Source of the DNA: an uncultured Alphaproteobacteria bacterium
GTDB lineage: Bacteria > Pseudomonadota > Alphaproteobacteria > RF32 > CAG-239
NCBI GenBank assembly: GCA_944391405.1
Contig: CALXTN010000002.1
Coordinates: forward strand, 23,393 to 87,392
DNA: 64,000 nucleotides
Direction: 5' to 3'
Below, one piece after another: positions 47,856 through 58,500 of this stretch. The notes under the pieces were generated by a model that saw only the letters and a list, made by a program, of their open reading frames with translations, did not search any database and had not been told where the DNA came from. Each line of letters begins with the position of its first letter. Positions within the stretch are counted from its first letter, which is position 1. Position numbers and translations under genes: made by a program.

Positions 47856-48773
47856 TTAAGAATTAAGCCTTTCCCCTTCATTAAAGGCAAAGCCACGCAA
47901 TAAGTCTTTAATATCCATAGGTTGCTTGCCTTCTCTTTGAATTTTCTGAACTTTTAAAGCCTTGTCATTGGCACAGGCTATAATCAAATTGTTCTGTCCT
48001 TCCAAGATTTCACCTGAAACTCCAATACCATCTATAATAGACGCTTGGTAAATTTTGAAACGTTCACCATGGTAAGTAAAATAGGCTGCTGGATAAGGAG
48101 AAAATGCACGAATTTTATTAAGTAGCGTCGTAGTATCTATACTAAAATCAAGTAGACATTCTGCTTTATCTAGTTTTTCAGCATAAGTAACCAAGGTTTC
48201 GTCTTGTTTGATAGGTGTAATTTCATCTAAATGGCTGAGCGTTTGCAACAATAAAGCTGCTCCTGTTTCTGAAAGTACATCATGCAAATCCCCACCAGTC
48301 ATATTCTCTGTAATGGGAACAATCGCTGTATTTAAAACATCTCCTGCATCAAGAGCAAGCGCCATTTTCATAATAGATATTCCGCTTTGAGTATCTCCCG
48401 CTTCGATAGCACGTTGGATAGGCGCAGCTCCTCTCCATCGCGGAAGGAGGGACGCATGAACATTGATACAACCTTTGGGAAAAGTATCAAGAACAGTCTG
48501 AGGTAAAAGCAAGCCGTAAGCCGCCACAATAGCAATATCCGCATTAAATGACTTAAGAATAGTAAGTTCTTCGTCATTTTTCAAAGTGCGCGGTGTGCGA
48601 ACAAGAATTCCTGCTTCTTCTGCTAACAGATGAATAGGTGTTTTATTAATTTTTTTACCACGTCCACTTTCTTTAGGGGCACGAGTATAAACTGCGACAA
48701 CTTCATGCTCCTTAATTAAAGCTTTCAATACCGGAACGGAAAAATCCGGTGTTCCCATAAAGACAATTTTCAT
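47856..48773 (-). CDS. fmt: Methionyl-tRNA formyltransferase
   Basis: MKIVFMGTPDFSVPVLKAL and NVHASLLPRWRGAAPI motifs. Confidence 0.92.
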   Translation of the reverse strand: MKIVFMGTPDFSVPVLKALIKEHEVVAVYTRAPKESGRGKKINKTPIHLLAEEAGILVRTPRTLKNDEELTILKSFNADIAIVAAYGLLLPQTVLDTFPKGCINVHASLLPRWRGAAPIQRAIEAGDTQSGISIMKMALALDAGDVLNTAIVPITENMTGGDLHDVLSETGAALLLQTLSHLDEITPIKQDETLVTYAEKLDKAECLLDFSIDTTTLLNKIRAFSPYPAAYFTYHGERFKIYQASIIDGIGVSGEILEGQNNLIIACANDKALKVQKIQREGKQPMDIKDLLRGFAFNEGERLNS

Positions 48774-50656
48774 TATTCAGAAAATCCTGCGCGTTTATAA
48801 TCAACTTTAATTTTCATCCCTTCAGCATAAGCATCTAATGCACTTTTCATCATATCCGAAAGCATTAATACTTCAGCACGTCTTTTTACATCTTCAAGGA
48901 CTGAAGGATCAAGTTCATCATCATAATTAACTGTTTCAAAAGGTGTGACAATAATAAAACTATTACCAACATGCTCATACATTTTAACTTCACCATTTTG
49001 AGCCAAGAAGAGGTCGCTAATTTCAGTAGGTGTTAAATTAGCGAAAGTTTCATTTCTACTAATTGGCTCAGAACGGAACATTTCCAAATTTCTTGCCTTA
49101 GCAACGTCCCCAAGCTGGCTTCCGTTTTCAGCGTCAGCAACAATACCATCTGCAATTTCTTTTGCTAAAGCGTCTTTTTCTTGAACAGTCCACATTTCAA
49201 TAATTTTATCTTTAACATCAGCAACTTCGGGTAAATGAGCATCATTAATCGCTGTAACTTGAGCAACAACAATCCCGTCATCAAATTCTTCGGCGGAACT
49301 AATTTCGTTAACACTATAAGAGAATACAAGTTCATTTAAATCTAAAGTATTAGCTAAAGATTTTAATGTTGCGGGTAAATTTGCAACAGCCGATGCTTCA
49401 GCAATGTTATCTACATTAACCATTTCAACACCAAACATTTGCGCAACATCACTTAGAGCCTTTCCTCCATTAACAGCATCATCAATATCAGCTTTTGCAT
49501 CACGTAAAGCATCATATAGGTTATCGTTATTCAACTGTTCAATAATTTGAGGCTTAACTTCTTCAAAAGTCATTTTTTTAGCCGGAATAATCTGCTTAAC
49601 ACTAACAACTTGCCATGTATCAGCAACTTGTAAAAGCTTCGGTTGATTAATAGTCATTTCAAATGTGTCATAAGCCAAATCATCAGCTAATTCATCTTGA
49701 GCAACAATGCCAAGTGTAGGTTCTTCAGCATTTTCAGCCTTTAACTCTTTAGCAACATCATTAAAAGCCTTTCCAGCAATAACTTCATTTAAAGCCTTTT
49801 GTGCGGTTGCTTCATCCATAAAGACCATCTGCAAAACTTCTCTTTTTTCAGGTTGGTCAAAATCTTTTTCATTTTGCTTATAATAATCAGCAACCATTTC
49901 ATCCGTTGCGGCATATTTTTTCAAAATAACCTCATTGGGAATAAATACCACTTGAGCATTTCTTGTTTCAGGAAGCATAAAGTTTTCAGAAAAATCTTCA
50001 AAGTACTGATTAACTTCATCATCAGTGATTTGACGCTCAATTTTAACATCTTGAGGAGAAACAAGAACATATTTAAAAGATTTGCGTTGATTATCCATTT
50101 TATGAATAGCATTACTTAAAACACTGGGAACAGCAAAAGGTTGAACCAAATCTGTTACCAACATTTTTTGAGCCATTAAACGCTTAATCATGTTTACATA
50201 TTCAGCCTCACTTAAACCAGTAGAAGAAAGATAACGTTTAAATATATCAGGATTGAACTGGCCATTTAAGGGATTAGCAAATTCTGGTTGAGAAAAAATA
50301 ACTTGTTGAACGAAAGCTTTGGGAAAATAAATATTATAAAAAAGCATAGTTTGATCCAAAACGCTTTCGTCAATAATTTGCTTTAAAACACCTTCAGTAA
50401 TAGTGTTGCGCATATCGTCGGTCAATTCAAAGTCGTCACTGGTCAGATTCTTAAGAGCATTCAATTCTTTCTGCACCCTGTAAGAAAATTCGCTCTGTGT
50501 AGTTTTTATGCCTTCAACATCAACAACAGTTTGGTTCTGACTGGCACTATTAATATATCCTGTCACACCAAACAGTGAAATAAAACTAACGGCAACGGCA
50601 GCCGAAATAAATTTAAAAATCCAACTTTCATGAGCTTTAGCTAATTTACTTATCAT
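48773..50656 (-). CDS. PpiD-like periplasmic chaperone (SurA-N plus inactive-looking parvulin domain)
   Basis: N-terminal anchor SWIFKFISAAVAVSFISLFG and a long helical chaperone body. Start is uncertain (50656 vs 50665). The stop overlaps the fmt start by 1 nt. Confidence 0.7.
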   Translation of the reverse strand: MISKLAKAHESWIFKFISAAVAVSFISLFGVTGYINSASQNQTVVDVEGIKTTQSEFSYRVQKELNALKNLTSDDFELTDDMRNTITEGVLKQIIDESVLDQTMLFYNIYFPKAFVQQVIFSQPEFANPLNGQFNPDIFKRYLSSTGLSEAEYVNMIKRLMAQKMLVTDLVQPFAVPSVLSNAIHKMDNQRKSFKYVLVSPQDVKIERQITDDEVNQYFEDFSENFMLPETRNAQVVFIPNEVILKKYAATDEMVADYYKQNEKDFDQPEKREVLQMVFMDEATAQKALNEVIAGKAFNDVAKELKAENAEEPTLGIVAQDELADDLAYDTFEMTINQPKLLQVADTWQVVSVKQIIPAKKMTFEEVKPQIIEQLNNDNLYDALRDAKADIDDAVNGGKALSDVAQMFGVEMVNVDNIAEASAVANLPATLKSLANTLDLNELVFSYSVNEISSAEEFDDGIVVAQVTAINDAHLPEVADVKDKIIEMWTVQEKDALAKEIADGIVADAENGSQLGDVAKARNLEMFRSEPISRNETFANLTPTEISDLFLAQNGEVKMYEHVGNSFIIVTPFETVNYDDELDPSVLEDVKRRAEVLMLSDMMKSALDAYAEGMKIKVDYKRAGFSE

Positions 50657-50853
50657 TTTTTCCATCCCAAAAATCGTGTAATTGTCGCTTATTATAAAGG
50701 TCAAAAAAATTTATGCAATCTGAAATATAAACATGTTCATATTTTTTTAAGTACAAAGAAATTCTTGTAAACAACTTTTTTTTTATGTGGAAAATAAAAA
50801 AGGGTGTGCTAAAAAGGGGAAAGTTAAATTAATTTGAAGTAAGGATAATTACA

Positions 50854-51615
50854 ATGGTAAGAAAAACTTTAATTGCCGGCAACTGGAAAATGAATGGTCT
50901 TTTAGAAGATGGAATTGCGCTTGCCAAAGGTGTTGCGCAAGAAGTAAAAAAAGCGGGTAGAAAAGATTGTGAATTTTTAATATGTCCGCCGTTTACATTG
51001 TTAACTTCGGCAAAAAAAGCAATTAAAGGCTCAAGAGTAATGTTAGGTGCCCAAGATTGCCATTTTGCAGAAAAGGGTGCACACACAGGGGATATTAGTC
51101 CAAAAATGTTACAAGACCTAGGGTGTCAATATGTTATTGTAGGACACTCAGAGCGCCGCACGGATCATTACGAATCAAACGAATTAATCAGAAAGAAAGC
51201 TGAAGCCGCAATCAATGCGGGGTTGAAAGTAATCATCTGCATTGGCGAAACAGAAGCGGAAAAAGATGCAGGAAAAACCATTGCTGTATGCAGCGCGCAG
51301 ATTGAAGGTTCCGTTCCTGAAATTTCTAATGGTCAAAATACCGTAATTGCATACGAACCGGTATGGGCAATCGGAACCGGTAGAACACCGACCACTACGG
51401 AAGTAGAAGAAGTTCATGCGGCAATTCGTAAAGTTGTAGCCAAAAAATTAGGTCGCGCCAACGCAAACAAGATGCGCATATTGTACGGTGGAAGCATGAA
51501 GCCGTCTAATGCAAAAGAATTGTTGGCATTGCCCGATGTTGATGGAGGGTTAATCGGTGGTGCAAGCTTAAAAGTAGCAGATTTTATGGCTATTGGTGAA
51601 GCAAGTAAACAATAA
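50854..51615 (+). CDS. tpiA: Triosephosphate isomerase
   Basis: AGNWKMN, VGHSERR, AYEPVWAIGTG and YGGS motifs. Confidence 0.95.
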   Translation: MVRKTLIAGNWKMNGLLEDGIALAKGVAQEVKKAGRKDCEFLICPPFTLLTSAKKAIKGSRVMLGAQDCHFAEKGAHTGDISPKMLQDLGCQYVIVGHSERRTDHYESNELIRKKAEAAINAGLKVIICIGETEAEKDAGKTIAVCSAQIEGSVPEISNGQNTVIAYEPVWAIGTGRTPTTTEVEEVHAAIRKVVAKKLGRANANKMRILYGGSMKPSNAKELLALPDVDGGLIGGASLKVADFMAIGEASKQ

Positions 51616-51632
51616 GAAATAAGGAAATAAAA

Positions 51633-52058
51633 ATGGGATCAGTATTGTTAGTAATTCATTTAATGGTAGCATTATTGCTAGTTGTTTTGATTTTGATGCA
51701 GAGAAATTCTGGAAATGCATTGAGTGGCCTAGGCGGAGGTAATGGCGCAGACAGTTTTCTCTCTGCACGTGGCAAAGGTAATTTAATGACACGCACAACA
51801 GCGATATTAGCTACAATATTCTTTATCACATCAATTTTGTTATCACTGTACTATAAAGGAGAAACCAGAAAACCTGAATCAATAACAGATGTTGCTCCTT
51901 TAGTGCAAACAGCTCCGACTGTTCCGAGCGTACCGGATGCTGCTTCTGAAAATAAAGCAGCTGCTGAGCCGATAACCCCGGCAGCTTCTACCACAGAACC
52001 AAAAGCTCCTGTTGAAGCACAATCTGCTGAAATACCAGCAGTACCGGTAGCTGAATAG
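51633..52058 (+). CDS. secG: Preprotein translocase subunit SecG with Ala/Pro-rich C-terminal extension
   Basis: Two TM helices and LLVVLILMQR..G motif. Conserved tpiA-secG adjacency. Confidence 0.8.
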   Translation: MGSVLLVIHLMVALLLVVLILMQRNSGNALSGLGGGNGADSFLSARGKGNLMTRTTAILATIFFITSILLSLYYKGETRKPESITDVAPLVQTAPTVPSVPDAASENKAAAEPITPAASTTEPKAPVEAQSAEIPAVPVAE

Positions 52059-52082
52059 CATGATGGAAAAGAAAAATAACAT

Positions 52083-52111
52083 AAGGCACCTTTTCAAGGA
52101 GGTGCCTTTTT
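52083..52111 (+). terminator. secG terminator, 34 nt upstream of pyrG
   Basis: AAGGCACC / GGTGCCTT stem with a 10-nt loop, then a T-run. Confidence 0.7.
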
Positions 52112-52144
52112 CACTACAAAAACTGAAATAAAAAGGGAAGAAAA

Positions 52145-53788
52145 ATGTCTGAATTAAATCCGAAAACAAAGTTTATTTTTATAACTGGCGGCGTTGTTTC
52201 ATCATTAGGAAAGGGACTAGCCTCAGCCTCTTTGGCATCGATTCTCCAATGTCGAGGTTTCAAAGTAAGGTTAAGAAAATTAGATCCTTACTTAAACGTT
52301 GATCCTGGAACAATGAGTCCTTTTCAGCATGGAGAAGTTTTTGTAACGGATGATGGAACAGAAGCGGATTTAGATTTAGGGCATTATGAAAGATTTTCAG
52401 GAGTTGCTGCAAAAAGAAGCGACAGTACAACAACAGGAAAAATCTATCAACGCGTCATCGATAAAGAACGTCATGGAGATTATTTAGGTTCAACCATACA
52501 AGTTATTCCTCATGTAACCAACGAGATTAAAAACTTTATTGTAAGTGATTTGGAAGATGAAGATTTTGTATTATGCGAAATTGGTGGTACAGTAGGCGAT
52601 ATTGAGGGACAGCCATATTTAGAGGCGATTCGTCAATTAGCTTATGATTTAGGTCGCGAGCGAACAATGTTTTTACATTTGACATTGTTGCCATATATTC
52701 CGACAGCAGGAGAATTAAAAACCAAACCAACGCAACACTCTGTTAAAAAGCTTCAAGAATATGGTATTCAACCAGATATGCTTTTATGCCGTTCACAAAT
52801 GCCAATTCCAGAAAATGAGCGTAAAAAAATTGCTTTATTCTGCAATATTAAAGAAAGCAATGTGATACAAGCTTTGGATGTAAGCAATATCTATCAAGTA
52901 CCGCTAGCATATTCTAAAGAAGGAATGGATAAAGCAGTATGCGATTACTTTAATTTACATTGTCCTGATGCAGATTTAAGTCGTTGGGAAAAAATTGTTG
53001 AAACAGTAAAAGCTCCGGAAGGAGAAGTAAAAATAGCTGTTGTAGGAAAATATGTAAAATTATTGGAAGCTTATAAATCTTTGAGTGAAGCGTTAAATCA
53101 TGGAGGAATAGCTAATAAGTATAAAGTAAGAATCAAATGGATAGATGCGGAAGATTTAGAAACAGGTGATGCCGATTCTATTTTATCAGATGTTAGCGGT
53201 ATTTTAGTTCCGGGAGGATTTGGATCAAGAGGTACCGCCGGAAAGATTGCTGCAGTAAAATATGCAAGAGAACATAAAATACCATTCTTAGGTATATGTT
53301 TTGGTATGCAAATGGCTGTTATTGAAACAATGCGTAACGTACTAGGGGTACAAAATGCAAATACAACAGAGTTAGATGAAAAATGCGAAGCTGTTGTTGG
53401 TTTAATGACAGAATGGGATAAAGATGGCGCAAAACAGATTCGCCATAAAGATGGAGACTTGGGCGGAACAATGCGTTTAGGTGCGTATGAAGCTGTTTTG
53501 AAACCAGGTTCTAAAGTAGCGGAAGTATATGGTAGCGAACATATATCAGAACGCCACCGTCACCGCTATGAAGTAAACATTAAATATAAAGATCAGCTGG
53601 AAAAAGGTGGTATGATTATTTCAGGTACATCACCGGATGGAAAATTACCAGAAATAGTTGAAAGGCCTGATCATCCATGGTTTATAGGTGTTCAATTCCA
53701 TCCAGAATTAAAATCAAAACCATTTGCACCACATCCTTTGTTCGTTGAGTTTGTAAAAGCATCAATAAAACAAAATCGTTTAGTGTAG
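52145..53788 (+). CDS. pyrG: CTP synthase
   Basis: [13 protein letters not shown], the GATase Cys in GICFGMQ, and the HRHRYE motif. Confidence 0.97.
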   Translation: MSELNPKTKFIFITGGVVSSLGKGLASASLASILQCRGFKVRLRKLDPYLNVDPGTMSPFQHGEVFVTDDGTEADLDLGHYERFSGVAAKRSDSTTTGKIYQRVIDKERHGDYLGSTIQVIPHVTNEIKNFIVSDLEDEDFVLCEIGGTVGDIEGQPYLEAIRQLAYDLGRERTMFLHLTLLPYIPTAGELKTKPTQHSVKKLQEYGIQPDMLLCRSQMPIPENERKKIALFCNIKESNVIQALDVSNIYQVPLAYSKEGMDKAVCDYFNLHCPDADLSRWEKIVETVKAPEGEVKIAVVGKYVKLLEAYKSLSEALNHGGIANKYKVRIKWIDAEDLETGDADSILSDVSGILVPGGFGSRGTAGKIAAVKYAREHKIPFLGICFGMQMAVIETMRNVLGVQNANTTELDEKCEAVVGLMTEWDKDGAKQIRHKDGDLGGTMRLGAYEAVLKPGSKVAEVYGSEHISERHRHRYEVNIKYKDQLEKGGMIISGTSPDGKLPEIVERPDHPWFIGVQFHPELKSKPFAPHPLFVEFVKASIKQNRLV

Positions 53789-53792
53789 AATT

Positions 53793-53829
53793 AAAAAACT
53801 CTCTTCCTGAAAGAAGAGAGTTTTTTTTT
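53793..53829 (+). terminator. pyrG terminator
   Basis: CTCTCTTC / GAAGAGAG 8-bp stem followed by T9. Confidence 0.85.
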
Positions 53830-53900
53830 GATAAAAATATTGAAAATAAGAAATTTATTGCTTAAACTTTCATAAGTTAATAAACAAAGGGAGAGATTTT

Positions 53901-54617
53901 ATGGAAGACAAAGAAATGAAAGTTACTAAAAAACAAAAGATTGTTGCTGGAACAATTGCTCTGGTCGCACTTATTTTGTTAGTATCAGTGTTCGGCAGTA
54001 AAAAAGAGGAAAAGCCTGTGCCGTCTTCAGCAGTTAAGGTTGAAGAAAAAATGCAGACAAAAGAAGAGGCTCAAGCTGAGAAACCGAGAGAACAACAGCC
54101 GGAAGTGAAAGAAAGCGAAGAACCAGAAACAGTACAGACTTCAAAAGAAGCTGAGACACAAGAAAAAGTTGCTGAAGAAAATGTTATAGAAAACAAAATG
54201 CCTATAGCAACAAAAGAAGTTATAAAAGTAGAACCTAAAAATTCTGTATTGACTTTTGAAACCACAACAGACAAAGCTCTTACTTATCAAGTGTTTTATA
54301 CTGTAGAACGCGAGGTTTGGTATGATGCGGAACATGTTGTAGAACATAAAGGTAAAGCAGGAACTAACAAATATAGTATTGTTATTCCATCAGAGAAGGT
54401 ATTTAGAATTCGTATAGATTTTGATTCAAATCCTGGTAAAGTTATGATTAAAAACATCTACTTAGACGGAACGCAAAAAGCAGATTTGAATAATTTTGGA
54501 GGTTATGCATATAATCAAATAAATTCTAAAACTCAAAATAGAGACGGAAGTTTAACCATTACTTCTGAAGAAGATGATCCGTATATGGAATATTTAACAC
54601 CATTATTACCAGAATAA
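53901..54617 (+). CDS. Hypothetical anchored protein: TM, Glu/Lys-rich linker, beta-rich C-terminal domain
   Basis: 238 aa. TM IVAGTIALVALILLVSVFG and an acidic linker. The C-terminal ~140 aa has beta-sandwich-like periodicity. Confidence 0.5.
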   Translation: MEDKEMKVTKKQKIVAGTIALVALILLVSVFGSKKEEKPVPSSAVKVEEKMQTKEEAQAEKPREQQPEVKESEEPETVQTSKEAETQEKVAEENVIENKMPIATKEVIKVEPKNSVLTFETTTDKALTYQVFYTVEREVWYDAEHVVEHKGKAGTNKYSIVIPSEKVFRIRIDFDSNPGKVMIKNIYLDGTQKADLNNFGGYAYNQINSKTQNRDGSLTITSEEDDPYMEYLTPLLPE

Positions 54618-54633
54618 ATCTGAAAGGAAGTAC

Positions 54634-54664
54634 AAAAAAGCAGGGATTATTCCTGCTTTTTTTG
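54634..54664. terminator. Bidirectional terminator
   Basis: GCAGG GATTATT CCTGC hairpin flanked by A6 and T8, between convergent genes. Confidence 0.75.
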
Positions 54665-54758
54665 TAGATGCAAGTTAAAAAGGCAACAATATAAAAAATT
54701 TTCTAAATTAATAATGTAAAGTAAAGGCGGTAAAAACATTTATAAGAAAGATAACAGA

Positions 54759-57749
54759 TTAATTGCCTAAAGTTTTAGCTAAAGCAGTATTATATTTTAA
54801 ATCTTGAAGTACTGCAGCCAAATCACCTTCCGAATGTGAAAAAATATCAGCTTCAATCTCTTGCTGTGTCATATATCTATCAAAAGACTGCTGCGAAGCA
54901 ACAGATTGAAAAACGGGAGCTTCGGACTGTACAAAAATATCGTCTTCAATTTCTTCAATTTGAATTTTAGGGGTATAGGGTTGAGGTTCATTCACTACTT
55001 GAGGAATATCTATAGGTAAATCCCTGTTCCTATAGTCAACATTATTATAACCGAGCTTATGTTGTTCCTCTACATATTTAAATTCATCTATACTATCCTT
55101 TTCAGCAAAGAAATCAAGAGCATTACTATCAAGCTTGATTTCATCAGAAAGATAAATAGAAATATCATCAACTTTAACATCTTGTAGTTCAGCAAGTTGA
55201 TTTCCATCTTTAGATACAACGATTTTGTATGTGCCATAAGGAATAGCATCTAAAATAAAGAACCCTTCAATATCGGCAAACGTGTAAGCAACTTCTTTGT
55301 TATCTTTGTCAAGAGCTGAGATTTGATAACCAAACATACGTGTATCATCAATATTTTTAATTTTACCTTCAACAGCACCACGATGAGTGAATGGAATAGA
55401 AACTGTTCGGATTGTCCCCGGCCTCAAAACTAATTTTTTTTCATTGAACTTAGGTTGCAGAGCAATATCTAAAAGAGTTTCTGTATCAACACTAAGCACC
55501 GTTTTTTCGTATGTTTGTAAATCAGTTAAAACAGCTATTCCGTTTTCATCAGTATAAATTTCTTTTTCCAAACCATTTGCATTAAATCCAATCCCCTCTA
55601 AAGGTTGTCCCACCTCATCTGTCGCCTGAGCATATATAGTGCCTGTATTGCTCAATTTCGAATTGGCAGAAGTAATAACATCCATAGCATCTGGAGTTTT
55701 TGCCAAACTAATATTATATGTGAGATAAGAACTTATATTAAAATTGCGATCAAATTCAAGGGTAGCAGTAAGCCCACCAAAAGGAAAAATCTGTCCTCCA
55801 GAAAAAGATAAATAGTCCATATTTTCAATTAAATTGCGAGTATATTTTCCCGAAAGATAAGTGTTTCGTCCTGTTCGCCAATCAAGGCGTGTTGAAAATT
55901 CTGTAAAGCGGGATTCAGGAGATGTTTCATAAGTCAGCCAAGTTTCAGAAGAAAAATCTCCCCACCACTTATAAGCTCCAAAGCGCACGGTATTATAAGC
56001 TCCACGTGAGCTATTATAATCATAATAACTATCTTCCAAAGTTAAATTCAAGCTATTCATCAGCTGTTTAGAAAGTCTTGCTGTAACATTATTAAACGAA
56101 GTTTTATCGCTTTCAAGAGTTCCCTGTCGCCAACTCAAATAATAAGGAACTCTCCATGGCAACATACCAGATAAACGAGCTTCAAATTGTTCATCCAAAT
56201 ATTCATCACCATAAAAAGAAACCGGCGAATGAATATTATTAAATTTATCATATCCGGCATAGATAGAGCCGATATAGACGTCTCCTTGCCATTCTGCATG
56301 ATGTGCAAAATCATCCGTATCCAAATTTTGCTCTAAATTGTATTGTATAGAGCTACCTTTGACGGCAACCTGCGCACCGGCCATGGCAAAACGCTGAGTT
56401 TCCATTCCCGTTTCAGCATCGGGAGTTTGCGTCAAACCGCCCATAAGTGTCAAATGATCCGTAGCACCATAATAACCAGTAAAATCGAGCACCGGTGTAT
56501 CATCACCGCTATAAGTGAACGGCTCATTATTTTCAAAGAGATATCTATAAGGCTGATAAGCAGAAGCTGTATATCCGAATTCACCTTTTTTAACCGGACT
56601 TGTACCGGAATAATAGCGCTCATATTCAGTCCGAGTTTCACCATAAGGTCCATAAAAAACGAGTTTAAACGTATTTAAGCCATACGAAACCGGAATATCG
56701 GGGAAGTTGTATTGCCCGTTCACACCGCTTTGACGATATCCGACTAATTGCTCGTTCCAATACAGTTCCACTTGCCACCCATCCAAAAGCGGACCGGTAA
56801 TATCAATTGTTTTATTTGCAGACATAACTAGGTTTTTAAAGCTGCTGACCGCAACACCTCGTCCATAAGACGCATCTGCAAAATAAGAAGAATTCAGGCC
56901 AGTAATATCACCAATTTTTAACGTTTTCAGATTAAGCGCATTACTAGGTTCGTCCAAAAATGTTCTACTACCAGATAAACGGATTCTCGGTTGTCTGTCA
57001 TTATATGAATCTCCAAAAATATACGCATTAACATCCAATCCGGCCGCGAGCATGGCCACATTCAAAGAATATGAATCACTGTTAAAACTCTTATCAACGC
57101 TATCATAGCGGCTCCAGCCTTTTCCGAGGGTTAAATCAACCACCGGAGCGCCAAACCAACGGTTATCAAATTCATAATTTTTGAAACTGTCTTTTCTGAA
57201 TGAAAAATTATTTTTACCTCTTTTCTTCTCCGCCTTACGTTTAAGAGTAGTGGGAAATTCATCTTGTGCCGTAATCAACATCTGCATATTAAGCGAGTCA
57301 ATCTTAATATTGATATGGAGCACACGGATATAGAAATCAGCTGCAAAAAATATAGTGTTCTCAACCACAATCACTTCATTGGCGGCAAAACGTGTAACTT
57401 CATCATCTTGCTCAACGGTATAGCTATTGAGATTGATAACAAACGGTTTATCCGGTGTATTGACCCAATAGCCGCGAATGATATTATCAGAAAGAGAATA
57501 CTTAATTCCCAAATAAGATGCAATTTGCGGCAAAGAAATATATTGCTTAGTGTTTTTTTCATAAACATAGGCATAATCATCCAAATTGAAACCCTGAATA
57601 ATAGGTTCCAAGATAAGAGGATCTTCACTATAATCGGCTAAATCTTCGGCTTTGCCCCACGGAGAAAAGAAGGCGCCAAGCAAAAGAAATAGTAAACTAT
57701 AGCGATATAGCCTTCCGCAATATTTCTTCCTTCGTTTTAGCATCTTCAA
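54759..57749 (-). CDS. Large outer-membrane usher-like protein of the pilus locus (non-canonical)
   Basis: 996 aa. Signal peptide, a usher-N-like segment (LILEPIIQGFNLDD..YISLPQIASYLGI), a long Y/G/S/T-rich beta region, two CarboxypepD_reg-like segments and an acidic tail. Position is downstream of the chaperone. Confidence 0.5.
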   Translation of the reverse strand: MKMLKRRKKYCGRLYRYSLLFLLLGAFFSPWGKAEDLADYSEDPLILEPIIQGFNLDDYAYVYEKNTKQYISLPQIASYLGIKYSLSDNIIRGYWVNTPDKPFVINLNSYTVEQDDEVTRFAANEVIVVENTIFFAADFYIRVLHINIKIDSLNMQMLITAQDEFPTTLKRKAEKKRGKNNFSFRKDSFKNYEFDNRWFGAPVVDLTLGKGWSRYDSVDKSFNSDSYSLNVAMLAAGLDVNAYIFGDSYNDRQPRIRLSGSRTFLDEPSNALNLKTLKIGDITGLNSSYFADASYGRGVAVSSFKNLVMSANKTIDITGPLLDGWQVELYWNEQLVGYRQSGVNGQYNFPDIPVSYGLNTFKLVFYGPYGETRTEYERYYSGTSPVKKGEFGYTASAYQPYRYLFENNEPFTYSGDDTPVLDFTGYYGATDHLTLMGGLTQTPDAETGMETQRFAMAGAQVAVKGSSIQYNLEQNLDTDDFAHHAEWQGDVYIGSIYAGYDKFNNIHSPVSFYGDEYLDEQFEARLSGMLPWRVPYYLSWRQGTLESDKTSFNNVTARLSKQLMNSLNLTLEDSYYDYNSSRGAYNTVRFGAYKWWGDFSSETWLTYETSPESRFTEFSTRLDWRTGRNTYLSGKYTRNLIENMDYLSFSGGQIFPFGGLTATLEFDRNFNISSYLTYNISLAKTPDAMDVITSANSKLSNTGTIYAQATDEVGQPLEGIGFNANGLEKEIYTDENGIAVLTDLQTYEKTVLSVDTETLLDIALQPKFNEKKLVLRPGTIRTVSIPFTHRGAVEGKIKNIDDTRMFGYQISALDKDNKEVAYTFADIEGFFILDAIPYGTYKIVVSKDGNQLAELQDVKVDDISIYLSDEIKLDSNALDFFAEKDSIDEFKYVEEQHKLGYNNVDYRNRDLPIDIPQVVNEPQPYTPKIQIEEIEDDIFVQSEAPVFQSVASQQSFDRYMTQQEIEADIFSHSEGDLAAVLQDLKYNTALAKTLGN

Positions 57750-58497
57750 GTTTCAAAACCGCATTTTTTATTTGAACATTTTTATCAAGAGGTACATTGA
57801 CCGAGAGCGTGTCCGTAGACATATAAATCTTCAATCCGTTAACCCTCCCGATATCTTTATCCTTTTGATCCGCAACAACCACATTAAAGCGAGAAGATTT
57901 ATTCCCCAAACGCTTTAAGACCAGGTTGAGTTGATTGTTAGGCAATAATTTATAGCTAACCACTTCCGTTTTGCTAAAGAGGTTATCCCCCTTGGTAATG
58001 GTAACCGGAATAGTGATAGCAAAAAGAGCGCGCAACTGCATGGATATGGTATTAGATTGCCCGCCATCTTTACTTTTGAGCTTAGGCGCACCCAACAAAA
58101 CCTCGCTAATTTTGAGATGAGAAACAAATTCCCCATCCGGAGCTTGCGCCAAACTTCTGCGGGCAATATTGATAGTTTGCACCTCATTAGGTTTCAGAGT
58201 AAACTGTCGTGGCGACCAAGTTAAATATTTATTGGCATAAAAAGGAGAGGGGTCCTTTGTTTCAGTAAGTTTCCCGTTAGCATCCTGCACAAAATTCACC
58301 ATAGAAACACGATACGTTTGAGTTTCCTGAGAAGTATTGATAATGCGTACGCTTTGCACCCGTTTATTTGAATTAGCTTCAAAATCAATACTATAAGGAA
58401 AGACCGAAATATTAGCAAAAGCAAGTGTCGGCATCATAAGAACAGAAAACAAGAGATAGATTTTGCAAATTTTTTTAAACATAGTTCTTCCTTTCAA
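57697..58497 (-). CDS. PapD-like periplasmic pilus chaperone
   Basis: 266 aa. Signal peptide and the two-Ig-domain pattern (VFPYSIDFEAN..RVQSVRIINTS..TYRVSM; WSPRQFTLKPNEVQTINI). Confidence 0.7.
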   Translation of the reverse strand: MKGRTMFKKICKIYLLFSVLMMPTLAFANISVFPYSIDFEANSNKRVQSVRIINTSQETQTYRVSMVNFVQDANGKLTETKDPSPFYANKYLTWSPRQFTLKPNEVQTINIARRSLAQAPDGEFVSHLKISEVLLGAPKLKSKDGGQSNTISMQLRALFAITIPVTITKGDNLFSKTEVVSYKLLPNNQLNLVLKRLGNKSSRFNVVVADQKDKDIGRVNGLKIYMSTDTLSVNVPLDKNVQIKNAVLKLEDAKTKEEILRKAISL

Positions 58498-58500
58498 AGA

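Noticed and set aside
52083-52144. The secG terminator as a CTP-sensing pyrG attenuator (Bacillus/Lactococcus-type reiterative transcription).
   Set aside because: The 5' arm of the hairpin is not pyrimidine-rich. There is no GGGC-type initiation region upstream within a separate promoter. The simplest reading is an ordinary secG terminator with read-through or a short pyrG promoter.
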